Part shown: piece by piece, positions 1-11,302 of the stretch | Layout: each line of letters starts with the position of its first letter | Position numbering within the stretch: the stretch's first letter is position 1 | The notes under the pieces: model-generated | What the model saw: the letters and a program-made list of their open reading frames with translations, nothing else | Told to the model about the DNA's origin: nothing | Databases searched by the model: none | Made by a program: the position numbers and the translations under genes | Assembly (NCBI GenBank): GCA_049512055.1 | Contig: JBEKXK010000004.1 | Coordinates: 5,065 to 69,064, forward strand | From: Syntrophales bacterium | GTDB lineage: Bacteria; Desulfobacterota; Syntrophia; Syntrophales; UBA2185 | Reading direction: 5' to 3' | Length of the DNA stretch: 64,000 bases

Positions 1-2697
1 AGAGTCTACGAGTTAGCCAAGGAATTGGGTATCGACAGCAAGGAGCTGATATCTCGTTTGGAAAAATTCGGCATTGCTGTAAAGTCCCATTCGAGTACTC
101 TGGAAGACGCAGATGTGGAGAAGATACAGAAGGATTTGCTATCAGGTGAACCACATGAAATGGTCGAGCAAAGAATAAAGTCCACAATCATAAGAAGGCG
201 GGCGGTTCGTCCCGTTGCGGAAGAAGTCATAGCAGAGCCTGTCGAGGCCGAAATTCCCAAACCGCCTGAAGGAAAGAAGATTGATGCAGCAGTCCCAAAA
301 GAGGCTAAGAAAGAGAAGGAAGTCCCTAAAGAAGCACCGGCAAAGGTGACCGCGCTTGCTGAAAAGGCGCCAAAGAAGACAGCTCCTGCAGAAGCAATTC
401 CGACTAAGGTCGCCAAGCCGGAAGAACCCGCTGTCGAAGAAATAAAGGTGGAGAGCCAGATGAAGCCTGCCCCCGCAGTTGAAGAAATTGCAAAGAAGCC
501 CAAGAAGAAGATTGAGTTGGTTGAAAAGAAGCCTGCACCTCCGGCGGCAGCTCCACCAGCGGCCCCTGAAGCAAAGGAGGCGCCGCAAAAGGAAGACAAG
601 AAAGAGGCTGCAACTGCTCACGTACACAAAGAGGCGGCTCTTGAGGTAAAGAAAGAGCCGGCACAGAAACCAGCACTAAAGATCGTAAAGGAAATCATCC
701 CTGCCAAGGCGGGAGAAAAACCGGCTAAGTGGGAACCCGATAAGGCCAAGATAAAGGGGAAAAAGCCTGTTGAAGTCGTTATGGAAGAACTGCCGTCCGC
801 AAGGAAGAAGGCCTTTATCAAGAAGCTCGTCGATAAGAAAGACAGGCGTGAGGACTTAGATAGAGAAGAGAGGATTAGTAAGTGGAAGGATGGAAAAAGG
901 CAGGTCGCTGCCAAAATGAAAAAGACGGTCATTACCACCCCGAAGGCAATAAAAAGGAGAATAAAGGTGGGTGAAGTAATAACCGTCGGTGAGCTTGCCA
1001 AAAAAATGGGTGTTAAGGCGAGCGAAGTTATTACCAAGCTGATCGGACTCGGCTTGATGGCTACCATCAACCAGGCTATCGAGAGTGATGCCGCAACTCT
1101 CATTGCCGGTGAATTCGGATATCAAGTGGAATTTGTCGGAGCTGAATATGATGAATCGCTCCAGAAAGTTGAGCCTCTTTCCGAAAATCTGACAACCAGG
1201 GCGCCCGTCGTCACGATTATGGGGCATGTTGACCATGGGAAAACTTCTCTTCTGGACGCCATAAGGCGGACCAATGTAATCGCCGGCGAGGTGGGGGGTA
1301 TTACTCAAGCCATCGGGGCATACCATGTCCACATTAAAGATAGAGATATCGTTTTCCTCGACACACCGGGCCATGAAGCCTTCACGGCCATGAGGGCCAG
1401 GGGCGCCCATGTAACAGATATTGTTGTGCTGGTAGTTGCGGCTGATGACGGCGTAAAAGACCAGACGATAGAGGCCATCAATCATGCACGTGTCGCAGGA
1501 GTTCCCATAATCGTTGCCGTCAATAAGATAGACAAGCCAGGAGCTGACCCGGGTAAAATCAAGCAGGTCCTCTCCGATTACAATCTCGTCTCTGAAGAAT
1601 GGGGCGGCGATACCATATACTGCGAGGTATCCGCCAAGAAGAAACAGGGCATAGAAGAGCTTCTGGAAATGATTCTTCTTCAAGCGGACGTCATGGATCT
1701 GCGTGCCGACGCCAACCGGCCCGCCCGCGGCGTCATCATCGAAGCAAAACTTGATCGTGGACGCGGGCCTGTAGCAACCGTGCTCATCGAAGAAGGCACA
1801 CTGAAAGACGGCGACGCCTTTGTCTCCAAAACGGAATTTGGTAAGGTTAGGGCGCTGATTAACGACCAAGGGGAGAGGGTGGAAGAGGTTGGACCGTCAA
1901 TGCCGGTAGAAGTAATAGGGTTTTCAGGGGTCCCCCAGGTGGGTGCGGAGTTTATATGTGTGGAGGATGAGAAAAAGGCCCGCAGCATTGGAGAATACTG
2001 GATAAGAAAAGAACGTGAACGGGAACTTTCCAAATCGTCAAAAATCACTCTCGAGCAATTATACCAAAAAATTAAGGAAGGGGTTAAGGAGCTCAACGTC
2101 ATCATAAAGGGAGATGTGCAGGGCTCTATAGAGGCCATAGCCGACGCCTTGAACAAGCTAAGTACAGCCGATATCAAACTGAAGATTATCCACAGTTCAA
2201 CAGGCGCTATCACGGAAACGGATGTCATGCTGGCATCGGCATCCAACGCCGTGATAATCGGGTTTAACGTTAGACCGGATAGCAGGGTTACGGAAATCGC
2301 CGAACAAGAGGGCGTCGAAATCAAGTTATATGAAGTCATTTACGACGTTATTGCGGATGTGAAAGCTGCGATGGAAGGCCTCCTCGAACCTATTTACAAG
2401 GAGACGGTAATTGGGCGGGCGGAAGTAAGAGAATTGTTCAAAGTTCCAAAAATTGGAACCATCGCCGGAAGCTATGTGACTAGCGGCAAGATTGCAAGAA
2501 ATGCAAATCTTAAATTGGTGCGAGACGGGGTACAGATTTACGACGGCAAGCTACTCTCCCTCAGGAGGTTCAAGGACGACGCCAAAGAAGTGATGGAAGG
2601 ATTTGAATGTGGTATCGGAATAGAGGGTTTCAACGATATCAGAGTGGGTGATGTCATCGAAGCTTATGTCAATGAAGAGATAGAAAGAAAACTCTGA
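1..2697 (+). CDS. infB: translation initiation factor IF-2; the 5' end runs off the window and the ORF-track start at 25 is an internal Met
   Basis: Frame 1 is open from nt 1 ([24 protein letters not shown] is the IF-2 N-terminal domain). There is a Lys/Glu/Pro/Ala-rich linker and the GTPase motifs [20 protein letters not shown] and NKID. The conserved DUF503-rbfA-truB-rpsO-pnp context follows. Confidence 0.97.
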   Translation, partial: RVYELAKELGIDSKELISRLEKFGIAVKSHSSTLEDADVEKIQKDLLSGEPHEMVEQRIKSTIIRRRAVRPVAEEVIAEPVEAEIPKPPEGKKIDAAVPKEAKKEKEVPKEAPAKVTALAEKAPKKTAPAEAIPTKVAKPEEPAVEEIKVESQMKPAPAVEEIAKKPKKKIELVEKKPAPPAAAPPAAPEAKEAPQKEDKKEAATAHVHKEAALEVKKEPAQKPALKIVKEIIPAKAGEKPAKWEPDKAKIKGKKPVEVVMEELPSARKKAFIKKLVDKKDRREDLDREERISKWKDGKRQVAAKMKKTVITTPKAIKRRIKVGEVITVGELAKKMGVKASEVITKLIGLGLMATINQAIESDAATLIAGEFGYQVEFVGAEYDESLQKVEPLSENLTTRAPVVTIMGHVDHGKTSLLDAIRRTNVIAGEVGGITQAIGAYHVHIKDRDIVFLDTPGHEAFTAMRARGAHVTDIVVLVVAADDGVKDQTIEAINHARVAGVPIIVAVNKIDKPGADPGKIKQVLSDYNLVSEEWGGDTIYCEVSAKKKQGIEELLEMILLQADVMDLRADANRPARGVIIEAKLDRGRGPVATVLIEEGTLKDGDAFVSKTEFGKVRALINDQGERVEEVGPSMPVEVIGFSGVPQVGAEFICVEDEKKARSIGEYWIRKERERELSKSSKITLEQLYQKIKEGVKELNVIIKGDVQGSIEAIADALNKLSTADIKLKIIHSSTGAITETDVMLASASNAVIIGFNVRPDSRVTEIAEQEGVEIKLYEVIYDVIADVKAAMEGLLEPIYKETVIGRAEVRELFKVPKIGTIAGSYVTSGKIARNANLKLVRDGVQIYDGKLLSLRRFKDDAKEVMEGFECGIGIEGFNDIRVGDVIEAYVNEEIERKL

Positions 2698-2826
2698 GAC
2701 AGCAATGAGGAGAAAAATACGAAATTCCAAGAACCTAAGCAGCAAACAGATCCAGACAGAGGGCATAATTTAGATATTGGGGTTTTGCATTTGTTTGGAA
2801 TTTCGGATTTAGAATTCATTTAAGAT

Positions 2827-3165
2827 ATGGTTATAGGATCCGGCATCATAAATTTGTTGATCGTCGAAAGCAGGTCGCTGAAGGAAAAAAGAGGCGTCCT
2901 GAACAGGATATTGAAACGGACCCAAAACGAGTTTAATATTTCTATTGCCGAAATCGGCCAGAATGATCATTGGAAGAGGGCGCAGATTGGTTTCAGCCTC
3001 GTAGGGAATGACAGGCGTTATATTAATGGGAAAATTGACCACATCCTGAAATTTGTCGACCGTCTTCATCTGGCTGAAGTACTAAATTCAAAAATTGAGA
3101 TAACCAATCTTCCCGATTCGATGGACCACTTCGAATATAACGAGGATAAGTATAATGAGTTTTAA
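2827..3165 (+). CDS. DUF503 (YlxP-like) small protein
   Basis: 112 aa with the motif LxIxxSxSLKEKRxVL. It sits between infB and rbfA, the usual position for this family. Confidence 0.75.
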   Translation: MVIGSGIINLLIVESRSLKEKRGVLNRILKRTQNEFNISIAEIGQNDHWKRAQIGFSLVGNDRRYINGKIDHILKFVDRLHLAEVLNSKIEITNLPDSMDHFEYNEDKYNEF

Positions 3166-3526
3166 GAGGGCGACCCGCGTGGCGGATCTCATTATGGCAG
3201 ACATTTCCGACATCCTCTTGAGAGAAATTAGAGATCCGCGCATCAAGCTAGTTACCATTACCGGAGTAAACCTGACCGATGACCTGCGCTTCGCCAAAAT
3301 ATTTTTTGTCGAGATGGGCAAAGACACGTGCGACCCTCAAACCAAAATAGCGCTGGAAAAAGCAACCGGTTTCTTGAAGAGGGAGTTGGGGAAAAGGCTA
3401 AGACTGCGCTATGTGCCGGATATTATTTTCGTGTGCGACGAATCGTTCGCTTACGGAAGCCGAATAGATAAACTGCTTGCAGAAATACGAACGACAGAGG
3501 AACCGGATATTGAAGAGAATCATTGA
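3155..3526 (+). CDS. rbfA: ribosome-binding factor A
   Basis: 123 aa. Contains RVADLIMADISDILLREIRDPR and a VTITGVNLTDDLRFAKIFF-type KH-like core. Operon position fits. Confidence 0.9.
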   Translation: MSFKRATRVADLIMADISDILLREIRDPRIKLVTITGVNLTDDLRFAKIFFVEMGKDTCDPQTKIALEKATGFLKRELGKRLRLRYVPDIIFVCDESFAYGSRIDKLLAEIRTTEEPDIEENH

Positions 3527-3527
3527 C

Positions 3528-4469
3528 ATGATAAATAAGCACAGATCTTTTCTTATTGCCTCACATGTCAGACTTGATGGGGATGCGCTGGGATCGGAGC
3601 TGGCCCTGTATCAAATGCTTTCTAACATGGGCAAGAAGGTTACAGTCTACAATCAGGATGAAACACCGGGCAACTATCGTTTTCTCCCCGGGAGCGATAA
3701 GATTATCCATAAACTTCCCCCCCTCGAAAAATATGACGTCGCATTCATTCTCGATTGCAGTGAATTCGACAGGATCGGAGATGAAGCTTCCCGCGTCGGC
3801 AGCATGCAGCGCATCATAAACATCGACCATCATGTCTCAAACAGGAACTTTGGCAACATGGCTCTAATTGACCAGAATGCGAGTTCCACGGCAGAGCTGC
3901 TTTACAGGCTTATGCTGAAGATGGATGCCGACATCACGAAGGACATAGCGACCAATCTGTATGCAGCAATTATCACCGATACGGGAGGATTCTGTTACGG
4001 AACTACAAAGAAGGACACTCTTATAGCAGCGGGAAACCTTGTGGGAAAAGGGGCCGATCCTCAGTGGATTTCAGAGAATGTATATGAGAGCAACCCTCTT
4101 TCGAAGATAAGACTCTTGACAAAGGTACTCGAAACGCTTGCTTTTGACTGGGACAGAAAAGTCGGCTACATGGTTGTGTACCGGAAAGACCTCAACGGTG
4201 TGGGAGCGCTGGTGGAGTATACCGAAGGCTTTGTAGATATCCCCCGCTCTATTCAGGGAGTAGAAGTATCCATTCTCTTCACTGAATTATCAGAGTACCA
4301 ATTTAAGTTAAGCCTTCGATCAAAAGGAAAAGTGAATGTGGAACGTGTTGCCAGGGCATTCGGTGGAGGTGGGCATATTAATGCCGCGGCGTGCCAAATA
4401 GATGGAGACTTCAAGACTGTTTTGCAGCGAGTTTTAGGCGCTGTTGCTGACCTATCATCAAATCCATGA
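3528..4469 (+). CDS. nrnA: DHH/DHHA1 phosphoesterase (NrnA-like oligoribonuclease/pAp phosphatase)
   Basis: Motifs HVRLDGDALGS, NIDHHVSN and GGGHINAA (DHHA1). The start is trimmed to the ATG at 3528, just after the rbfA stop; the ORF track extends to 3477. Confidence 0.85.
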   Translation: MINKHRSFLIASHVRLDGDALGSELALYQMLSNMGKKVTVYNQDETPGNYRFLPGSDKIIHKLPPLEKYDVAFILDCSEFDRIGDEASRVGSMQRIINIDHHVSNRNFGNMALIDQNASSTAELLYRLMLKMDADITKDIATNLYAAIITDTGGFCYGTTKKDTLIAAGNLVGKGADPQWISENVYESNPLSKIRLLTKVLETLAFDWDRKVGYMVVYRKDLNGVGALVEYTEGFVDIPRSIQGVEVSILFTELSEYQFKLSLRSKGKVNVERVARAFGGGGHINAAACQIDGDFKTVLQRVLGAVADLSSNP

Positions 4470-4547
4470 ATAATGACTTGATGAAGAGACACTGCCGGGA
4501 AGCCCGGACTCTATAAAAAAGCAGCTTCATTTTATTGCGAGCGCATC

Positions 4548-5483
4548 ATGAATGGCATCGTTGTTATCGACAAACCTTCGGGAAAGACGTCTCATGACGT
4601 GGTCGAGAATGTCAAGAAAGCCCTCTCGGTGAAAAAGGCCGGGCATGCGGGCACCCTGGATCCAATGGCGACCGGCGTATTGCCCGTTTGTCTGGAAGAG
4701 GCGACAAAGTTAGTACAGTTCCTGTCAACGGATACGAAAGACTATACGGCGACTATGTTACTGGGTGTGAAGACAGACACCCAGGATATAGAAGGCAAGA
4801 TAATTGCCCGTGATGACCCATATGCCATACATGAGGACATAGAAGATATTTTTTTTCGCTTTGTGGGAGAGACGGAGCAGGTGCCTCCCCGCTATTCAGC
4901 TGTAAAATATAAGGGTAAGCCTCTGTATAAATGGGCGAGGCGTGGTATTACCATTGAACCTCCGCGGAGGATCATAGAAATCTACGACATCGCGATCGAT
5001 GAAGTGAATGTGCCCTACATAACTTTCAGAGTCTCCTGTTCAAAGGGAACCTATGTAAGGTCCCTCTGTTCCGACATAGGCGAAATGCTGGGTTGCGGAG
5101 CATGTCTGGCAAGCTTGCGCAGAACAAGAAGCGGCCGTTTTTTTGAGGCGTCTGCCATATCCCTTGACGAACTTGAGAATGCAGCAGGGAAATGGCCGTC
5201 AGACCATATTATTCCTTTGATTGACGCCCTGCCTCATATCGCGGCGATTCATGTGGATCACAAATTTGCCAGGAGATTGAGAGAAGGTTATCAGCCGGTT
5301 GCAGAAACATTGAGAATATATCAAATCCCTTCCCTTGCAGATGGAGATATGGTAAAATTTATCGATGAAGACCGCAACCTCGTTTCTGTTGCGAAAATGC
5401 TTTGTGCATCCGACCGGATTGATTCGATGGATGGAAAGAGGCAGGCGGCTAAGATCGTAAGAATTTTTAATACGGATAAATGA
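4548..5483 (+). CDS. truB: tRNA pseudouridine(55) synthase
   Basis: NGIVVIDKPSGKTSHDVV and GHAGTLDPMATGVLPVC (catalytic Asp), plus a PUA-like C-terminus. Confidence 0.93.
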   Translation: MNGIVVIDKPSGKTSHDVVENVKKALSVKKAGHAGTLDPMATGVLPVCLEEATKLVQFLSTDTKDYTATMLLGVKTDTQDIEGKIIARDDPYAIHEDIEDIFFRFVGETEQVPPRYSAVKYKGKPLYKWARRGITIEPPRRIIEIYDIAIDEVNVPYITFRVSCSKGTYVRSLCSDIGEMLGCGACLASLRRTRSGRFFEASAISLDELENAAGKWPSDHIIPLIDALPHIAAIHVDHKFARRLREGYQPVAETLRIYQIPSLADGDMVKFIDEDRNLVSVAKMLCASDRIDSMDGKRQAAKIVRIFNTDK

Positions 5484-5624
5484 ACTTATGACAGTCATTA
5501 AATCTATTTGCGCATATATCAAGAACTTATGGCCTCGAAAGAGTCAAGGAAAGGTGAATTACGCATAAGCAGAAGCTAACATTAGCAAGGCTGGATAGCT
5601 TTCCTGCTGCTGTCGGAATGGACG

Positions 5625-5652
5625 TTGACAAATTATCGGCTACGACTAATTT
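5625..5652 (+). promoter_or_regulatory. candidate sigma70 promoter for rpsO-pnp
   Basis: TTGACA at 5625-5630, a 16-nt spacer, and TAATTT at 5647-5652, about 20 nt upstream of the rpsO start. Confidence 0.35.
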
Positions 5653-5670
5653 TAGGGAGGATATGAAGCG

Positions 5671-5937
5671 GTGTTAGATACGGAAAAAAGAAAGGACGTC
5701 ATTAACAATTTTCAATTACATGCGGTAGACACAGGTTCTCCTGAAGTCCAGATTGCTCTTCTCAGCGCCAGGATAGAATACTTGACGGAACATTTCAAGG
5801 CCCACAAAAAGGACCATCATTCGCGCAGAGGTCTTTTGAAACTTGTAGGCAAGAGAAGGCGCCTTCTGGATTATCTCAGAAAAAAGGATGTGGAGAGGTA
5901 CAGGAGCGTTATTCAGCGTCTGGGACTGAGAAAATAA
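5671..5937 (+). CDS. rpsO: 30S ribosomal protein S15
   Basis: 88 aa with a GTG start after the RBS GGGAGG. Contains [36 protein letters not shown]. Confidence 0.95.
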   Translation: MLDTEKRKDVINNFQLHAVDTGSPEVQIALLSARIEYLTEHFKAHKKDHHSRRGLLKLVGKRRRLLDYLRKKDVERYRSVIQRLGLRK

Positions 5938-6075
5938 CTGAGCATCAAGTTCTGGAAACTGGACGTGACTTAAAGCATCTTTCACTTCCGTTGCGGAGTC
6001 GTTCGGATTTTCGTCCTTTGGTCCTATTTAAGAAACACGTATTTAGACAAGAACTCATGAAGAGGAAAAAATTAC

Positions 6076-8196
6076 ATGAACAATATATTTAGTAAGGATT
6101 TTGCGGGAAGAAGCATTTCCATTAAAGCAAATTACATGGCACGTCAGGCCGATGGATCGGTCCTCGTAACATACGGTGACACTGTAGTCATTGTGACCGC
6201 CGTATCACTTAAGCATAAGAGAGAAGGCGTAGATTTCCTTCCCCTTACAGTCGATTATCAAGAAATGACCTTTGCGGCAGGAAAGATTCCCGGAGGGTTC
6301 TTTAAACGTGAAGGTCGCCCCAATGAAAGAGAGACCTTGACGTCGAGAATTATTGACCGATCCATCAGACCTCTTTTTCCAAAAAGTTACTACTTCGAGA
6401 CTCAAATCGTGGCAACAGTGCTTTCCGTGGATAATGAAAATGATTCTGTTGTGACAGCTTTACTCGGCGCCTCCGCTGCCCTGGCGATTTCCGATATTCC
6501 CTTCAATGGGCCAATTGCCAGTGTCCGTGTCGGCAGGGTTGACGGCAAATTTGTCGTGAACCCGTCAGCAGACGTTCTGGAGAAAAGCGATTTCAATCTC
6601 TTCATAGTGGGAAGGAAAATCTCACCGGCGCCGGGAAGCAAAGATTTTGACATTAATCTGGTTATGCTTGAAGGTGATGCACATGAAGTAGAAGAGGATA
6701 CAATTGTGGATGCCATCAATTTCGGCCTGGAGTCGTTGCGGCCGATAATTGAATTTCAGGATCATATTCGCCAGACCATAGGAAAAGAGAAACGGGTTGT
6801 TGATGCGGCCGCCGTCAATGAAGTTCTTTTGGCAAAGGTAACAGAGAAGGCCAAAGACAGAATGAAAGAAGCCTATACCATAGCGCGAAAACAGGACAGG
6901 CACAATAAGCTTGACTTGATAAGGGAAAAGGTCATCAAAGAAGTTTGCGCCGAGGATGACAAGCTTGGTCACGAGGTGAGCAACATACTATCAGACCTGG
7001 AGAGGCAAGTCGTCAGGAACATGATACTGCATGATAAGAGAAGGTCCGACGGCAGGACATCCGCGGAGATCAGACAGATCAGTTCCGAGGTGGGGATTCT
7101 CCCCAGGGCCCACGGGTCGGCCTTATTTACCAGGGGTGAAACCCAGGCTCTTGCCGCCCTCACACTTGGTACATCTTCTGATGAACAGCGGTTGGATTAT
7201 ATAAGCGGGGAAGAAATGAGAACCTTTATCCTGCACTACAATTTCCCGCCTTATTGCGTAGGAGAGGCGCGGCCTTTAAGAAGTCCGGGAAGAAGAGAGG
7301 TCGGACACGGCGCCCTGGCCAGAAAAGCCTTGCTTCCTATTCTGCCCTCCGAGGAGACATTCCCCTATACGATAAGGATTGTCTCTGAGATACTGTCTTC
7401 CAATGGCTCATCTTCGATGGCCACGGTGTGCGGCAGCCTGTTGTCCCTCATGGACGCCGGTGTGCCGGTAAAGGATATTGTTGCCGGTATTGCCATGGGG
7501 TTGTTAAAGGACGACAACAATGTTGTTGTTCTTTCTGATATTATCGGAGATGAGGACCATGCCGGTGACATGGATCTCAAGGTGTGCGGGACGAGGAAGG
7601 GAATAACCGCATTGCAGATGGACATCAAAATAGGCGGCCTCACCGAGGATATTTTGAGAATGGCCTTGCACCAGGCTAAAGAGGGACGGCTTTTTATCAT
7701 TGAGAAGCTCAGGGAAACTATTGCAGAACCAAGGAACGATATCTCCAAATATGCGCCACGGATTACAACGCTCAAGGTCAGACCCGAGAAGGTAAGAGAT
7801 GTGATCGGAAGCGGCGGGAAAAATATCAGGCAGATTATCAGTGAAACGGGTGTTACCATCGATGTGGAAGATGATGGTACGGTAACCATTGCGTCAAATG
7901 ACTCAGAAGCGGCGTCAAGGGCTGTCGCCATGGTCAAGTGGTTGACTGAGGACGCAGAGGTGGGAAAGATCTACCGCGGCACTGTTAAAAAAATAGTTGA
8001 TTTTGGCGCCTTTGTCGAGATATTGCCGGGCACGGAAGGGCTGGTGCACATATCCCAGCTGTCGAGGGAGCGGGTCAAAAGCGTTACCGATGTCCTCCAT
8101 GAGGGCGAGGAAGTGATGGTAAAGGTTCTCGAGATTGATAAACAAGGGAAAATCCGCCTTAGCAGGAAAGATGCACTGGGTGCCAATGCACAATAA
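6076..8196 (+). CDS. pnp: polyribonucleotide nucleotidyltransferase (PNPase)
   Basis: 706 aa with two RNase PH domains, a KH domain (GSGGKNIRQI) and an S1 domain (GKIYRGTVKKIVDFGAFVEILPGTEGLVHISQL). Confidence 0.97.
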   Translation: MNNIFSKDFAGRSISIKANYMARQADGSVLVTYGDTVVIVTAVSLKHKREGVDFLPLTVDYQEMTFAAGKIPGGFFKREGRPNERETLTSRIIDRSIRPLFPKSYYFETQIVATVLSVDNENDSVVTALLGASAALAISDIPFNGPIASVRVGRVDGKFVVNPSADVLEKSDFNLFIVGRKISPAPGSKDFDINLVMLEGDAHEVEEDTIVDAINFGLESLRPIIEFQDHIRQTIGKEKRVVDAAAVNEVLLAKVTEKAKDRMKEAYTIARKQDRHNKLDLIREKVIKEVCAEDDKLGHEVSNILSDLERQVVRNMILHDKRRSDGRTSAEIRQISSEVGILPRAHGSALFTRGETQALAALTLGTSSDEQRLDYISGEEMRTFILHYNFPPYCVGEARPLRSPGRREVGHGALARKALLPILPSEETFPYTIRIVSEILSSNGSSSMATVCGSLLSLMDAGVPVKDIVAGIAMGLLKDDNNVVVLSDIIGDEDHAGDMDLKVCGTRKGITALQMDIKIGGLTEDILRMALHQAKEGRLFIIEKLRETIAEPRNDISKYAPRITTLKVRPEKVRDVIGSGGKNIRQIISETGVTIDVEDDGTVTIASNDSEAASRAVAMVKWLTEDAEVGKIYRGTVKKIVDFGAFVEILPGTEGLVHISQLSRERVKSVTDVLHEGEEVMVKVLEIDKQGKIRLSRKDALGANAQ

Positions 8197-9442
8197 GTCA
8201 GTTCTTTCCAATGGTATCAGGGTTGTTTCGGAAGACATCGATCATGTCAGGTCAATATCCATAGGGATCTGGGTCAAATGTGGTTCACGCTATGAAGACC
8301 ATGCCACAAACGGAGCGGCACATTTTATCGAGCACATGCTCTTCAAGGGAACCAAGAACAGGTCCGCTTTTGAAATTGCGTCGGCTATTGATTCCGTCGG
8401 CGGTATGATGAATGCCTTCACCGGCAAGGAGTTGACCTCGTTCTATATAAAGATACCAGACTATCACCTCCCTATGGCGGTAGACCTCCTTGCTGATATT
8501 TTTACAAACTCATGCTTTGATGAAAAAGAAATCATGAAGGAGCAATCCGTGGTCCTTCAGGAAATCAACATGACCGAGGATGCACCTGATGATTATATTC
8601 ATGATTTCTTTGAGGGCGTATTCTGGAATGACCACCCCCTGGGTTTTCCGATCTTAGGTACCAAGAGTCTGGTAGCCTCCTTAAACAAGAAGCTTCTTCT
8701 GTCTTTTTTCGATGCACGCTATGGAGGTGATAATCTGGTACTCTCTGCTGCGGGCAACATGAAACACGATGAATTCGCTGATCTCGCAAATAAGACATTC
8801 GGATCCATACCGGCAGGAATAACCAAAGCTCAAACAGAGAAACCTATAGTGACATCAAAGGTTGCCACCCTCAAAAAAGACCTGGAACAGGTGCATATGA
8901 TCATGGGCACCCTCGCCCCCTCCGCCGTCAGCCCTGAAAGATATTCCGGCTTTCTATTGAACGCCATTTTAGGGGGGAGCATGAGTTCGAGGTTATTTCA
9001 GGAAATCAGAGAAAGAAGGGGACTCGCCTATGCAATCCATTCCTATATCTCCCCATATATGGATGTGGGTCTTCTGGGCATATATGCAGGAACCAGCGAA
9101 GAGAGAGTACCAGTAGTCATTAATCTCATTCTTGAAGAACTAAAGCGATTGCGTCATGAGGTGCTAACGGAAAAGGAGCTGGTACAGGTCAAAGAGTTGA
9201 TCAAAGGAAATTTTCTCCTTTCCATGGAAAGCACTGACAGCCGCATGATAAGATTGGCCAAGAACGAAATTTCTTTCGGAAGGCATATCCCCGAGGACGA
9301 CGTTATCGCGGCCATAGACGCCGTTACCGCAGAAGACGTGAGAAAACTTGCCTTTGAAATGTTCAGGCCTGGCGCCATGTCCCTGGCTGCAATGGGAAGG
9401 ATTTCGGAAAAAGACATTGCTCTTGATTCGTATGAAGGATAG
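8186..9442 (+). CDS. M16-family zinc peptidase (insulinase-like)
   Basis: HFIEHMLFKGT contains the HxxEH zinc motif. The start is uncertain (ATG at 8135, 8171 or 8186); 8186 gives an 11-nt overlap with pnp. Confidence 0.85.
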   Translation: MHNKSVLSNGIRVVSEDIDHVRSISIGIWVKCGSRYEDHATNGAAHFIEHMLFKGTKNRSAFEIASAIDSVGGMMNAFTGKELTSFYIKIPDYHLPMAVDLLADIFTNSCFDEKEIMKEQSVVLQEINMTEDAPDDYIHDFFEGVFWNDHPLGFPILGTKSLVASLNKKLLLSFFDARYGGDNLVLSAAGNMKHDEFADLANKTFGSIPAGITKAQTEKPIVTSKVATLKKDLEQVHMIMGTLAPSAVSPERYSGFLLNAILGGSMSSRLFQEIRERRGLAYAIHSYISPYMDVGLLGIYAGTSEERVPVVINLILEELKRLRHEVLTEKELVQVKELIKGNFLLSMESTDSRMIRLAKNEISFGRHIPEDDVIAAIDAVTAEDVRKLAFEMFRPGAMSLAAMGRISEKDIALDSYEG

Positions 9443-9482
9443 GAGCTTTATGGGTCATGCAGGAATGAATTTCTAAGTTGCA

Positions 9483-9932
9483 ATGATAGAAGAAATTGGC
9501 GTGCAAATTCAAAAGCTGCCCGGTTATATGGACATATCGCTGCCCCGATACATGACGGAACATTCAGCGGGCATGGATATTTATGCAGCCGTCAAGACAG
9601 ATGAGACCATACTTCCGGGACAGAGGAAGATAATTCCTACAGGCATAGCGATTGCGCTGCCGGAAGGCTATGAAGCAGAAATAAGACCCCGAAGCGGCCT
9701 TGCCATAAAGAATGGCGTGACGCTGGTTAATTCTCCGGGAACCATTGACACGGATTACCGCGGCGAGATCGGCATTATACTGATTAACCATGGGGAAGAT
9801 CCCTTTGTCATCAGGCGTGGTGATCGCATCGCACAGATGATAATACACAGGGTCTGTAAAGTGTCATGGATAGAGTGTCAGCAACTTGATGCAACTACTA
9901 GAGGGGATGGGGGTTTCGGCCATACTAAGTAA
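9483..9932 (+). CDS. dut: dUTP diphosphatase
   Basis: 149 aa with AGMDIYA, RPRSGLA, GTIDTDYRGEI and a RGDGGFGHT tail. Confidence 0.93.
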   Translation: MIEEIGVQIQKLPGYMDISLPRYMTEHSAGMDIYAAVKTDETILPGQRKIIPTGIAIALPEGYEAEIRPRSGLAIKNGVTLVNSPGTIDTDYRGEIGIILINHGEDPFVIRRGDRIAQMIIHRVCKVSWIECQQLDATTRGDGGFGHTK

Positions 9933-9949
9933 GCAAGGGTGAGTGCTTC

Positions 9950-11128
9950 ATGAAGAAATTCAGGGTAAATAAGACATACAAAGAGATCAACGAGAAGATC
10001 AAGAAAGGAAAGGCCGTTGTTGCAACAGCTGAAGAGATGATCGACATCGTTGAGAGACATGGTCATGTTGAGGGGGCCCGGAGAATAGACGTTGTCACGA
10101 CCGGAACATTCGCCCCCATGTGTTCATCCGGAGCCTTCCTGAATTTCGGCCATACGGCTCCGAGAATAAGGGCCTCCAAAGTGTGGCTAAACGACGTACT
10201 CGCTTACGGCGGCATCGCGGCAGTGGACTGCTATATAGGAGCAACTGAGGTGGCCGAAGGGGATCCCTTGAATAGCGTCTATCCGGGGGAATTCAAATAT
10301 GGTGGCGGGCATGTGATTGAAGACCTGGCGGCAGGCAATGTAATCAGATTGCGCGCCGAAGGGTATGGGACCGATTGCTATCCCGCCCGAAGATATGAAA
10401 AAAATATCACGATAAACGATCTGCGGGATGCAATCCTCTTCAACCCGCGGAACGCTTATCAAAATTACAATTGTGCCGTCAATATGTCTGACAAGACGAT
10501 TTATACTTACATGGGGGTGTTGAGGCCTCGCATGGCCAACGCCAATTATGCTACAGCGGGACAGTTAAGCCCTCTTTTTAATGATCCCCACTACATGACC
10601 ATCGGTATCGGAACCAGAATCTTTTTGGGAGGAGCCAAAGGTTATGTGGCTTGGCACGGGACCCAGCACAACCCGAATGTTAAGAGAGGCAAGCATGGCG
10701 TCCCTAAAGAAGGCGCAGGAACAATTTCGGCAATAGGGAACCTTAAAGAAATGTCGTCACGCTGGCTTGTAGGCGCGAGCATGTTAGGATATGGAGTTTC
10801 CCTGTATGTTGGCATAGGCATTCCCATACCGGTTTTGAATGAAGAGATGGCAAAGTACACGGCGGTTAAAGATGAGAATATATGTACACAGATCTATGAC
10901 TACAGCATGGATTATCCCAAGGGTGGTGCTCTCAAGAGTCTCGGAGAGGTGAGCTACAAAGAACTCCGTTCCGGCGAGATCGTAATAAATGGTAAAAAAG
11001 CAATTACAGCATCCTTGTCAAGCTATTACAAGGCAAAGGAAATTGCAAATATCCTCAAGGAGTGGATTGAAAGCGGGGATTTCCTCCTCGGGGAACCCCA
11101 ACAGTGCCTGCCTTCTGTAATTATCTGA
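9950..11128 (+). CDS. DUF39/COG1900-family homocysteine biosynthesis protein (sulfur-incorporating enzyme)
   Basis: The N-terminus KTYKEINEKIKKGKAVVATAEEMIDIV followed by DVVTTGTFAPMCSSGAFLNFGH is characteristic of the DUF39 family. It lies 17 nt downstream of dut. Confidence 0.8.
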   Translation: MKKFRVNKTYKEINEKIKKGKAVVATAEEMIDIVERHGHVEGARRIDVVTTGTFAPMCSSGAFLNFGHTAPRIRASKVWLNDVLAYGGIAAVDCYIGATEVAEGDPLNSVYPGEFKYGGGHVIEDLAAGNVIRLRAEGYGTDCYPARRYEKNITINDLRDAILFNPRNAYQNYNCAVNMSDKTIYTYMGVLRPRMANANYATAGQLSPLFNDPHYMTIGIGTRIFLGGAKGYVAWHGTQHNPNVKRGKHGVPKEGAGTISAIGNLKEMSSRWLVGASMLGYGVSLYVGIGIPIPVLNEEMAKYTAVKDENICTQIYDYSMDYPKGGALKSLGEVSYKELRSGEIVINGKKAITASLSSYYKAKEIANILKEWIESGDFLLGEPQQCLPSVII

Positions 11129-11302
11129 TTACCGGCTTTGCAAGAAACCGGAAGCGCAAATAAGACCCCTAGTGACAATTGTTAAATCTATAATATCATT
11201 AAGTTTGCTTTTGACGACCGCATCTCGGAACGATAAGGCGCGAGTTTTTGCAGTGACTTCCATTTTTATTAATGTTCATTAATATTAAAAAATATTGCAT
11301 AT

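Noticed and set aside
6-1869. Several long antisense or alternate-frame ORFs within infB (6-599, 142-627, 404-676, 618-1103 and 856-1869, all minus strand)
   Set aside because: They lie entirely inside the strongly supported IF-2 gene. Their low-complexity Ser/Ala/Gly/Phe or Cys/Leu/Arg compositions mirror the Lys/Glu/Pro/Ala-rich IF-2 linker. None has motifs or an RBS.
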